In this document: positions 1 through 7,437 of the stretch, piece after piece | How the letters are laid out: each line of letters begins with the position of its first letter | Position numbering within the stretch: position 1 is the first letter of the stretch | Assembly (NCBI GenBank): GCA_043803765.1 | Contig: JAZDJQ010000010.1 | Span: forward strand, 1-15,517 | DNA: 15,517 nucleotides | Origin: Candidatus Iainarchaeum sp. | GTDB lineage: Archaea > Iainarchaeota > Iainarchaeia > Iainarchaeales > VGJJ01 | Reading direction: 5' to 3' | Notes under the pieces: model-generated | What the model saw: the letters and a program-made list of their open reading frames with translations, nothing else | What the model was told of the DNA's origin: nothing | Databases searched by the model: none | Program-made: the position numbers and the translations under genes

Positions 1-1
1 C

Positions 2-943
2 CCTGAGAGTGTGTTGGAGAAGATGCAGGTGACGAAGGCAGACTTTGAGGACGCGTTGCGTGAGATTCAGCCTTCTGCGTTGCGTGAAGTAATGGTGGAA
101 ATTCCTAATGTCAAATGGGAGGATGTAGGTGCATTAGAAGAAGTGAAAGCGGAGCTCAAGCAGGCAGTGGAGTGGCCTCTTAAGTATCCTACTGCTTTTA
201 CCGAAATGGGTATTCGTCCTCCTCGCGGAGTGTTATTATATGGTCCTCCCGGTACGGGAAAAACCCTTTTGGCTAAAGCAATTGCAACGGAATCTCAGGC
301 TAATTTTATTTCGATTAAGGGACCTGAGCTTATTTCTAAATGGGTGGGTGAAAGTGAGAAAGGAATTCGTCAAGTGTTCAAGAAGGCAAGGCAAGTGGCC
401 CCTGTGATTGTTTTTTTTGATGAGATTGATGCGATTGCTTCGGTTCGCGGCGGTACAATGGGCGATTCAGGAGTTGGAGAACGAATGGTGAATCAGCTCT
501 TAACGGAGTTAGATGGTGCAGAAAGTTTGCGTGATGTTGTTTTTATTGCAGCGTCCAATCGTCCTGATTTAATTGATCCTGGTCTTATGCGTCCGGGCAG
601 AATTGATAAAGCGATTGAAGTGAAGATTCCGGATGAGAGTGCGCGGGAAGCTATTCTTAAGGTTCACACACGGGGGGTGCCATTAGCAAAGGGTATTTCT
701 CTATTAGACCTTGCTAAACGAACCCCTGGTTTTAGCGGGGCGGACTTGGCAAATCTTGTTCGGGAAGCGGCATTATTGGCATTGCAGGAGTCGGATATGA
801 AACCTGTTCCCATTACGAAGAAGCATTTGGATCAGGTTCTTGCAAAAATGGGTTCTTCCGTTCCAGTTGAAGCGGCGGAAGCCTACACTGAGTACAAAAA
901 ATCAAAGTCTCCTGAAGGGTACAAGCCTAACTACGTTCGTTGA
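2..943 (+). CDS. cdc48: Cdc48/VCP-like AAA+ ATPase, C-terminal (D2) part; 5'-truncated by the window edge
   Basis: D1-D2 linker PSALREVMVEIPNVKWEDVG, Walker A GPPGTGKT, pore loop KWVGESE, Walker B VFFDEID, SRH ASNRPDLIDPGLMRPGR. Frame is open back to position 2. Confidence 0.96.
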   Translation, partial: PESVLEKMQVTKADFEDALREIQPSALREVMVEIPNVKWEDVGALEEVKAELKQAVEWPLKYPTAFTEMGIRPPRGVLLYGPPGTGKTLLAKAIATESQANFISIKGPELISKWVGESEKGIRQVFKKARQVAPVIVFFDEIDAIASVRGGTMGDSGVGERMVNQLLTELDGAESLRDVVFIAASNRPDLIDPGLMRPGRIDKAIEVKIPDESAREAILKVHTRGVPLAKGISLLDLAKRTPGFSGADLANLVREAALLALQESDMKPVPITKKHLDQVLAKMGSSVPVEAAEAYTEYKKSKSPEGYKPNYVR

Positions 944-1014
944 TAGTTTCTTATTTTTCGTATTATACTAATTTGCCCGTCATTTTTTATATTATTTTTT
1001 GTTTGACATGATTA

Positions 1015-1584
1015 TTACAGGAATAGGAAAAAGAGTAATGGAATGAAGAGGATGGCCCATACTCCTTTGTTCCATGCAAACACTTTTGCTCCATCCAAAA
1101 TGAAGAATGGGAGTAGGTTGAACATGGCTAAATAGAGATTGATGCTTCCAACAATCAATGCGACGTGTCCTATTTGGCTTGTTGCGAATAGGGAAGAAAG
1201 TCCAATGCCGATTATGCCAATGATGATGTTCATGAGGGGTCCTGCTGCGGAAATAATCCCATTCTCTCTTAGCGTAACATGTTTTCCGTAAATGTATACG
1301 GCTCCGGGTGCGGCAAAAATGAATCGAAACAGTACGGCTACTGCGAGTGCTACAAGTAATCCCGTGTTCCATGCTCTAAATTCTGCTTTTGCCCCGAAGT
1401 GTATGGCAACATATTTGTGTGCCATTTCATGCAACAAGAATCCTGTTCCTACCGCTAATGCGGCAATGGCCAGTGCGTCCGAAAATCCTATTAGGTTAAA
1501 TCCTTCGTCTGCAAAGACGAATGCAAATGCAGCGGATAGCGATATCCATGAAATGAGCAAATCGGTTAGTTCCCTATTCTCCAT
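1015..1584 (-). CDS. Site-2 protease, M50 family intramembrane Zn metalloprotease
   Basis: HEMAH zinc motif, AAGP motif, NLLPFFILDG (NxxPxxxLDG), several hydrophobic helices. ATG at 1584 preferred because TTTTAA lies ~25 nt upstream. Confidence 0.92.
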   Translation of the reverse strand: MENRELTDLLISWISLSAAFAFVFADEGFNLIGFSDALAIAALAVGTGFLLHEMAHKYVAIHFGAKAEFRAWNTGLLVALAVAVLFRFIFAAPGAVYIYGKHVTLRENGIISAAGPLMNIIIGIIGIGLSSLFATSQIGHVALIVGSINLYLAMFNLLPFFILDGAKVFAWNKGVWAILFIPLLFFLFL

Positions 1585-1605
1585 GTTATTAAAAAGGGGA
1601 GACAA

Positions 1606-1651
1606 GGTTAAAAGGAAAGTCTTTTTTTCAAAAATTTTCCCTAGTTTTAAG
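1606..1651. promoter_or_regulatory. Divergent TATA-like boxes for the M50 protease (-) and first pilin-like gene (+)
   Basis: TTTTAACC on - strand (1606-1613) and TTTTAAG on + strand (1645-1651), each ~25 nt before an ATG. Confidence 0.5.
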
Positions 1652-1675
1652 TCTTTTTTGGAGAAAAAAAAGGTT

Positions 1676-1852
1676 ATGTTCCCAAAAGAAAATCGTGCCC
1701 AGATTTCAGTCGAACTTATTATTGTGATGGCGGCCGTTGTGGCAGTCGTGTTGCTTCTCGTTACCCAGCTTCAGTCCTCGAGTAAAACGGGCATTGATAA
1801 ATTAGAGAAAAAGACGAAGGATATTTTTGATGAGATCGAGAAGATCGATTAA
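1676..1852 (+). CDS. Small type IV pilin-like protein with class III signal peptide (58 aa)
   Basis: MFPKENRA|QISVELIIVMAAVVAVVLLLV: RA|QxSxE motif, hydrophobic helix, then a short charged helix. Only the 3' end of ORF 1292..1852 is credible. Confidence 0.85.
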   Translation: MFPKENRAQISVELIIVMAAVVAVVLLLVTQLQSSSKTGIDKLEKKTKDIFDEIEKID

Positions 1853-1856
1853 TCGT

Positions 1857-2255
1857 ATGCGCGGGCAGGTTTCTCTTGAAGCATTGCTTCTTTGGGCGGG
1901 TTTTTTCGCTATTTTGGCCGGCATCACTCCTTTTTTTATTGATGCGTTTCATGCTCAGGAAGCTCTTATTGAAAAGTCTAATCGTGTGCAGTTCATTGAT
2001 TCTCTTTCGTATGCGCTTCATTCCCTTTCATTTATGGGAGAAGGTTCCGTGCGTGTTCTTTCTTTGCCTTCTTCTCCTTCCTATGATTTAAGCGGGAGTG
2101 ATACTATTCTTCTCGTGGAATGGGTTTCTCCTTCCGGTAAAAACCAGTCGATTGAAATAGCATCTATTATTCCAATAGTTGGGGTAGTGGATGAGGACGT
2201 TTTATTTATTCGTCTTGTGCGTCAACGTGATTATATTCAGTTGGAATCTGGATGA
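1857..2255 (+). CDS. Pilin-like protein with class III signal peptide
   Basis: MRG|QVSLEALLLWAGFFAILAGI; starts 4 nt after the previous stop. Confidence 0.82.
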   Translation: MRGQVSLEALLLWAGFFAILAGITPFFIDAFHAQEALIEKSNRVQFIDSLSYALHSLSFMGEGSVRVLSLPSSPSYDLSGSDTILLVEWVSPSGKNQSIEIASIIPIVGVVDEDVLFIRLVRQRDYIQLESG

Positions 2256-2556
2256 ACAGGTTTTCCCATTCATTCGTTGTTTTTTTCTGTACATGGCACG
2301 TGATTTTTCCTCCTTTTTTTTCTGAAAACGTGTTATTTTTTACTTCGATTGGTATTCCTCCAAATAATAGTTCGTCATACTTTTTGGCAGAAATCCCGTT
2401 TGTTTCAATAGCCGCTAAGTCGTAGCACCATGTTTGGGGAAGCATGTTTTCTCGGTCGCTCGTTTTTTCGATACTGGTGTTCCATGCGCTCATTAGGAGC
2501 AGCATTCCTATTGCCAGTTCTATTGTCCAACCAAATCCTTTCTTATTCACAATCAA
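2206..2556 (-). CDS. Pilin-like protein, KKG|F type class III signal
   Basis: NKKG|FGWTIELAIGMLLLMSAW; start is TTG 2556 or GTG 2550 and overlaps the upstream stop; two Cys in the C-terminal part. Confidence 0.7.
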   Translation of the reverse strand: MIVNKKGFGWTIELAIGMLLLMSAWNTSIEKTSDRENMLPQTWCYDLAAIETNGISAKKYDELLFGGIPIEVKNNTFSEKKGGKITCHVQKKTTNEWENLFIQIPTEYNHVDAQDE

Positions 2557-2983
2557 TCAGCTCTAATACGGCGGGTTGTTTGTCCCATATAATGGGCCGT
2601 GGTAGTGCAATGCAGTTTTTTTTATCGTTTTCTTTTTCATACACACTTATTTTTTCTTCTTTTGTTCGGATTATCATTCCTTCGATTTCCTCGGGTGGTT
2701 GATTTTCTTTCCACGCCGTAAGGCAGGTAGACGGAATAACATAAGGATAGACTCGTCTTGCGGACTCGGAATAGGTTGCGCATCCTTTCCACGCATTTAC
2801 GTGATGGGTGAGGATTATTTGATTGGTCGTTTGAATTAGAAAAGATATGCGTGTATATTCCCCTATTTTTTCTTTTTCTTTTTCTAATTGAGTGTAGGTT
2901 TGTTCCCATGCACTTGCGAGCAGGGTAATCCATATCGTGAATAGGATTATTGCTTCGGTTGTGTGCACGTATCCTTTATTCAT
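2543..2983 (-). CDS. Pilin-like protein, KG|Y type class III signal
   Basis: MNKG|YVHTTEAIILFTIWITLLASAW; ATG at 2983 overlaps the upstream stop; four Cys. Confidence 0.72.
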   Translation of the reverse strand: MNKGYVHTTEAIILFTIWITLLASAWEQTYTQLEKEKEKIGEYTRISFLIQTTNQIILTHHVNAWKGCATYSESARRVYPYVIPSTCLTAWKENQPPEEIEGMIIRTKEEKISVYEKENDKKNCIALPRPIIWDKQPAVLELIDCE

Positions 2984-3218
2984 AGTGTACGCTATCTCCT
3001 TCAATCCATTTGTATAGTCCGCATCCCTTGTTGTGTGTTCGTACGTAGAATGCATTGGCATTTTCTTTCATTGCGTGGCAGTCTTGCGTCTCTTTTTCTC
3101 TTTTCCATTTTTCTTGTAGGCTTTTGAGTTCCTCTTCGTGTGAATGAATAACATATATGAGTGCAATTCCAATGCTTAGAAGAAGTCCAAAAATAAGAGT
3201 GAATTCGATCAAATGCAT
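2976..3218 (-). CDS. Small N-terminally anchored, probable pilin-like protein
   Basis: MHLIEFTLIFGLLLSIGIALIYVI (Glu at +5, one TM helix), charged helix, two Cys; tightly packed in the operon. Confidence 0.62.
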   Translation of the reverse strand: MHLIEFTLIFGLLLSIGIALIYVIHSHEEELKSLQEKWKREKETQDCHAMKENANAFYVRTHNKGCGLYKWIEGDSVHYE

Positions 3219-3222
3219 ATTC

Positions 3223-3801
3223 TCACTTTCCTTCGTATGGGGCGCATTCCCATTTGGTTGAAAAGGTGGTTACGCATGCTCGATACCCTGATGGTATAAC
3301 TACGATCGTTTGGTGGTTTTGTGTTTCAAGTTGGATTTGGAATATTTGGTTTCCTCCTGCTCCTCCTGTGTAACTGTATTCTCCATATCGCGCATTCCCT
3401 GTGAGTGGGAGGATGAGGACGTGGGAATTTTCATTCAATGATGTAATGGTAGTGGGAAATAATATCTGGTCGAGCAGGGAGAGATATTGGGTATGCGTAA
3501 GGTTTCCCATTCCTATTCGATAGGTTATCGGTTCCCCATGTTGAGTGGAAAATGTAGTCGCGTAGGTAAGTATGCGTTCATGTATTCTTGTTTGAATCGT
3601 GTTGGGTTCTTGCTGTAGAATGAGTCCTTCATGCAGGGTTTGGTGGATGATTAAATCGATTCCGTTCTCCATTTCGGTTCGTCGTAGAAACAATATGGGT
3701 TCTTCTCCCTCGTATGGAGTTGTATTCCCTTGTGTGGCATGAAGGGTAGCGAGGAGCATGCTGAGCGTGAGCAGTAAAAGGAGTGAAACATATCCTCTCA
3801 T
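3223..3801 (-). CDS. Pilin-like/exported protein with probable class III signal
   Basis: MRG|YVSLLLLLTLSMLLATLH; C-terminal Cys pair; TTTTAAA ~27 nt upstream. Confidence 0.68.
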   Translation of the reverse strand: MRGYVSLLLLLTLSMLLATLHATQGNTTPYEGEEPILFLRRTEMENGIDLIIHQTLHEGLILQQEPNTIQTRIHERILTYATTFSTQHGEPITYRIGMGNLTHTQYLSLLDQILFPTTITSLNENSHVLILPLTGNARYGEYSYTGGAGGNQIFQIQLETQNHQTIVVIPSGYRACVTTFSTKWECAPYEGK

Positions 3802-3858
3802 TTTTTTCTGTTGTGCATATGAAGCGGTTTAAAACTATGGAAAATTTTTTGGGGTGAA

Positions 3859-3888
3859 GTGGGGGGGTGTGAGCCTGCACCCCCCCGC
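3859..3888. terminator. GC-rich stem-loop just downstream of the small - strand ORF
   Basis: GGGGGGGTG (3861-3869) is the exact reverse complement of CACCCCCCC (3878-3886); lies ~10 nt past the stop at 3898. Function unproven. Confidence 0.45.
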
Positions 3889-3897
3889 TAAGAAGCG

Positions 3898-4104
3898 TTA
3901 GGCAATCATGGGTACAGGGAGTATATTCATTGCAATAATGGGCTCATTTTCTCTTCGCACGTTTTCTATTTGGCTTAGGATGTAGTGCAGTTCTGCCCGC
4001 ATCGTATGATAATCGGGGGCATGAGGGAGCAAGTCAAATAATTTGTCCTTTTTCTCATGCAATAGGACTTCCTTTCGGTTTATCATCCATTTTTCAAGAT
4101 TCAT
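3898..4104 (-). CDS. Small hypothetical protein (68 aa) divergent from cdc6
   Basis: MNLEKWMINRKEVLL...; AAGGAGGG Shine-Dalgarno-like sequence upstream of ATG 4104; fills an otherwise empty gap. Confidence 0.6.
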   Translation of the reverse strand: MNLEKWMINRKEVLLHEKKDKLFDLLPHAPDYHTMRAELHYILSQIENVRRENEPIIAMNILPVPMIA

Positions 4105-4225
4105 CCTTTTTCCCTCCTTTTGGGATACAGGGTTGGGCAAGTAGCGGTATATATACTCCCGGAAGGAGACCCTTCTCCGCCGTGAAAATAGTGAGTATTT
4201 TAACCAATGGCGGTGTTTTTGAGTT

Positions 4226-5338
4226 ATGGTTCGTGAAAATGTGTTTGCCCGTATCACCAAAGAGCATTCCATTTTCAAGGATGAGCGTGCCCTTTCTTCT
4301 GAGTTTATCCCGGATGTTCTTCCTCATCGTGACAATCAGATTAATTCCCTTGTGTATGCATTGAAGCCTCTTGCGGATGGGGGAAAAGCCACTCATGTTT
4401 TTGTGTATGGTCCTCCCGGTACGGGAAAAACCGTTACATCGCGTTATGTTATGGATCAGCTCTCTGAATTCTCGGGGAGAGTAAAGCCTATTTATTTGAA
4501 TTGTTTTGGTTTCAATTCCCGTCAGTCTGTTTTAGCGGAGCTCACTCGGCTAGTAGAGCGTCCTGTTCCTTCTCGTGGAATGAGTACGAATGAATTGTTT
4601 GCTAAAGTGTTGGAGGGATTAAAGTTTTCTAAGTTTGTTCCCTTGCTTATTTTTGATGAGTTTGACCAACTATTGGATAATGATGGCAACGAATTATTGT
4701 ATGATATTCTTCGTATTCCTGAGCATGGTCTAACGGCTATTCCAGTTGTTCTTATTTCCAATGACCCTACTATTCCTTCTCGTTTGGATGCACGTGTTCG
4801 CAGTTCTTTTTCTCATGAATTGGTTGAATTTTCTCCTTATTCTCCTTCCCAATTGAAGGATATTCTTCGTACGCGTGCAGAAATGGCATTATTTCCTAAT
4901 GTTCTTTCTCCTGATGTAGTAGGATTGATTGCTGCTCATGCATCCAAGCGGGGTGGGGATGCGCGTGTGGCGATTGAAACGCTTCATAAGGCAGCGCGTC
5001 ATGCGGAAAAGAACAATGCTTCTGTTATTTCTCTCGAACATGCTCGTGCTGCGTTTGAGGATACCGAGACGAGTGCGATGTTAAAGGCTGTTCCCTTTTT
5101 GTCTGATTCCCATAAACAGGTGTTGCGCTGTATTTTTCTTTTGGGTGGGAAAAACGTTTCAACAAGTGATTTGTATTCTCGTCTTGCTGCTTCGGGCATA
5201 GGATTGAGCGACCGTCGTGTTCGCGAACTGCTTGTTGAGTTGGAAAAGAAGCGCGCCATTACTACGACAACGGACACGTCTGGGAGAGGAAGAACTAAAG
5301 TGATTACGGTTAATTTTGCCGAAAGTGAGTTGAAATGA
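4226..5338 (+). CDS. cdc6: Cdc6/Orc1 replication initiator
   Basis: IFKDERALSSEFIPDVLPHR N-terminus, Walker A GPPGTGKT, YLNC, Walker B IFDEFD, RVRSS, sensor-2 GDARVAI, winged-helix end GRGRT. Confidence 0.95.
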   Translation: MVRENVFARITKEHSIFKDERALSSEFIPDVLPHRDNQINSLVYALKPLADGGKATHVFVYGPPGTGKTVTSRYVMDQLSEFSGRVKPIYLNCFGFNSRQSVLAELTRLVERPVPSRGMSTNELFAKVLEGLKFSKFVPLLIFDEFDQLLDNDGNELLYDILRIPEHGLTAIPVVLISNDPTIPSRLDARVRSSFSHELVEFSPYSPSQLKDILRTRAEMALFPNVLSPDVVGLIAAHASKRGGDARVAIETLHKAARHAEKNNASVISLEHARAAFEDTETSAMLKAVPFLSDSHKQVLRCIFLLGGKNVSTSDLYSRLAASGIGLSDRRVRELLVELEKKRAITTTTDTSGRGRTKVITVNFAESELK

Positions 5339-5769
5339 ATTCTCCTGCCGATTCGATGAAATACCCCGGAGTAGGGGTTGCCGTGTTTATTCGAAAAGAT
5401 GGAAAAGTCCTCTTGGGTTTGCGTCAAGGTTCCCACGGAGCGGATACATGGGCTCTTCCTGGAGGAAAACTTGATTTTGGTGAGTCATTGGAAACATGCT
5501 GTGCTCGAGAGGTGTTAGAAGAAACCAATCTTCATATCACTAACATTAAACCGGGTCCTTACACGAATGATATTTTCAAAAAAGAAGGGAAGCATTACAT
5601 CACTTTGTTTTTTACTGCTGATTATGCATCGGGTGAGTTGAAAATAATGGAACCCCAAAAATGTAAGGAGTGGCGCTGGGTAGAGTGGGGTGCCCTTCCG
5701 CGCCCTCTTTTTCTTCCATTGGAAAATGTTCAACGGAAAGGTTTTAGCCCATTCGGGAAGCAACTATAA
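5335..5769 (+). CDS. Nudix hydrolase, MutT/NUDT15-like
   Basis: Nudix box GGKLDFGESLETCCAREVLEETNL; PGVGV, GSHGADTWALPGG, MEPQKC and LFLPL segments. ATGA overlap with the cdc6 stop. Confidence 0.92.
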   Translation: MNSPADSMKYPGVGVAVFIRKDGKVLLGLRQGSHGADTWALPGGKLDFGESLETCCAREVLEETNLHITNIKPGPYTNDIFKKEGKHYITLFFTADYASGELKIMEPQKCKEWRWVEWGALPRPLFLPLENVQRKGFSPFGKQL

Positions 5770-5862
5770 CCAAACGAGTTGCTTTTTTTTGCTTTTTTTC
5801 TTCAAGTTGAGCGTGGTCTTTAAAAGTATCAATTTGTCCTTAATGAGTAGGAGCGATTGTTT

Positions 5863-6696
5863 ATGGCGACAAGGAAGCGAACAGCGGGTAAAGTCTCAGG
5901 TAAGCAGATTCGAAAGCAGTTGAAGGGGGTCAAGACGGATCTTGCCAATGCCAAAACGCAGGTGGCCAAGGGAGACAAGCGTTTGTCCAAGTCTCTCGCG
6001 AAGACCACCAAGAAGCTCACCACCCAAAACACGGCCATTCAGACTGAACTGGAAAAGTTGCGCGAGGATTTGAATAAGTCGAAGGGCAAGAAGCCCACCC
6101 GACAATTGTCCATGTATAATTTATTTGTTCGCAAGCGCATTCAGCAAGGCAGGACATTTGAGCAAGCGGTGAATGATTGGAAATCTTCAAGTAAACTAAT
6201 TGAAAATCCTGAGTTAGCCAAGAAGAAGAAAACGCGTACGATTACTAAAACAAGAGTGATTGTGCGTAAAGTGAAGTCTCCCATTGTAAAACCGGTTGTG
6301 CGTCGTGTTAAGCGCAAGTCTACTTCGGTAAAGACACAGGATTCGTTGAATGATATCATGAAACAATTGTCCGCACTTAAAACAAGTGCATCATCATTAG
6401 AGAAGGAGGTCTCTCCCATGAAATCAGGAAAAATGTCGTCCATGTTTATGGACAAGGAACTTTCCAACGAGGAGGTTGCCGTTCGTTTAACTCGATTGTA
6501 TTTTGAAGAGATTGCACGTTTAGGCTTCAAGCGTCGATTGGATTTTGATTCCATTATTAACGCGTATTATTATTGTTTGCAGCGTCTGCATAACAAAGGA
6601 AAAGAGTTGGATATTATGCGCAAAATAGTGGAGCGTGAAGAAAACAAGTTGCAGGGCGAACCTAAATCTCATTTGTTTCCCTTGCCGGAGCAGTAA
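5863..6696 (+). CDS. Lys/Arg-rich hypothetical protein with coiled-coil-like segment and HMG/YABBY-like motif; putative DNA-binding protein
   Basis: Long ORF with AGGAG upstream of ATG 5863; highly basic; KPTRQLSMYNLFVRKRIQQGRTFEQAVNDWK motif. Confidence 0.8.
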   Translation: MATRKRTAGKVSGKQIRKQLKGVKTDLANAKTQVAKGDKRLSKSLAKTTKKLTTQNTAIQTELEKLREDLNKSKGKKPTRQLSMYNLFVRKRIQQGRTFEQAVNDWKSSSKLIENPELAKKKKTRTITKTRVIVRKVKSPIVKPVVRRVKRKSTSVKTQDSLNDIMKQLSALKTSASSLEKEVSPMKSGKMSSMFMDKELSNEEVAVRLTRLYFEEIARLGFKRRLDFDSIINAYYYCLQRLHNKGKELDIMRKIVEREENKLQGEPKSHLFPLPEQ

Positions 6697-6713
6697 AAGG
6701 AGGGCAGTGTAAC

Positions 6714-6983
6714 ATGTTATTCAAATATTGCCCTCAGTGCGGTTCCATGGAGTTCGTTTCCATTCCTAATGGGAAAATGTGTCGTAAATGCGCGTTTCAA
6801 GGAAAGATATCCGAAGGGTCGATGGATGAGATTAATATTCTTCGCAAGAGGGGAGGGAATCGCCCTCTTTCTCCCGTTGTTCCTTCTCCTGTTGAGGGAG
6901 TGAATTCCCAATCCGCAAAAGAATTAGCGGAGCGTTTAAAAGCGCTTAAAGGAAAATCAACAGAGAATGCGGAGTTTTTGTGA
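6714..6983 (+). CDS. Small Zn-ribbon protein
   Basis: CPQCG...CRKC; AGGAGG upstream. Confidence 0.8.
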   Translation: MLFKYCPQCGSMEFVSIPNGKMCRKCAFQGKISEGSMDEINILRKRGGNRPLSPVVPSPVEGVNSQSAKELAERLKALKGKSTENAEFL

Positions 6984-7414
6984 AAGGGTTTGATCGAGTT
7001 ATGCGCGCGGAACAACGTTCATTGATAGATTGGGTTTTAGTCGGGGTGTTTGCCGTTGGTCTTATTGCTTTTTTCTTTTTTATTAATCAACGCACTGCTA
7101 CCGGGAATGTAACAGGTATGGCGTTTAACGAGTATGCTAATTGTTATTCTTTTTCCCAAAAACTTCCTGTTGTGGTGGCGCATGACCCTATTATTTTGTG
7201 TCCTGATACCATCCAGCAAGTTGATTATTTCGCTATTCAAATTCCGCAGATTACTATTAAGTGTAATGGTTCTACTATTCAAGGGAATGGGGGCGCGCTT
7301 TTCGTTCCCGAAGGAGTGAGTAATCCTCATGTTACCTTAGAAAATTGTCGTGTTGAGAATTTTGATGGACTTTACTCTCAGCAGAATCCGGTTGATGTGT
7401 ATTTAGTAAATTAG
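6980..7414 (+). CDS. Membrane-anchored protein with a short NosD/pectin-lyase-like beta-helix segment
   Basis: TM helix followed by TGNVTGMA; ITIKCNGSTIQGNG...VTLENCRVENF resembles the start of archaeal beta-helix surface domains; GTGA overlap with the upstream stop. Confidence 0.7.
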   Translation: MKGFDRVMRAEQRSLIDWVLVGVFAVGLIAFFFFINQRTATGNVTGMAFNEYANCYSFSQKLPVVVAHDPIILCPDTIQQVDYFAIQIPQITIKCNGSTIQGNGGALFVPEGVSNPHVTLENCRVENFDGLYSQQNPVDVYLVN

Positions 7415-7437
7415 TTTTCTTGTTTTTTTATTCTGGA

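Noticed and set aside
920-943. Cdc48 C-terminus PNYVR is not a canonical HbYX motif
   Set aside because: Archaeal Cdc48 tails vary; not interpretable without an alignment.
1292-1675. 5' part of the 186-aa + strand ORF
   Set aside because: Antisense shadow of the M50 protease; the real gene begins at 1676.
3835-3870. ORB-like origin element (TGGAAA followed by G-strings) near cdc6
   Set aside because: Lacks the TTCCA half, is single copy, the G-run is explained by the hairpin, and no skew switch is visible.
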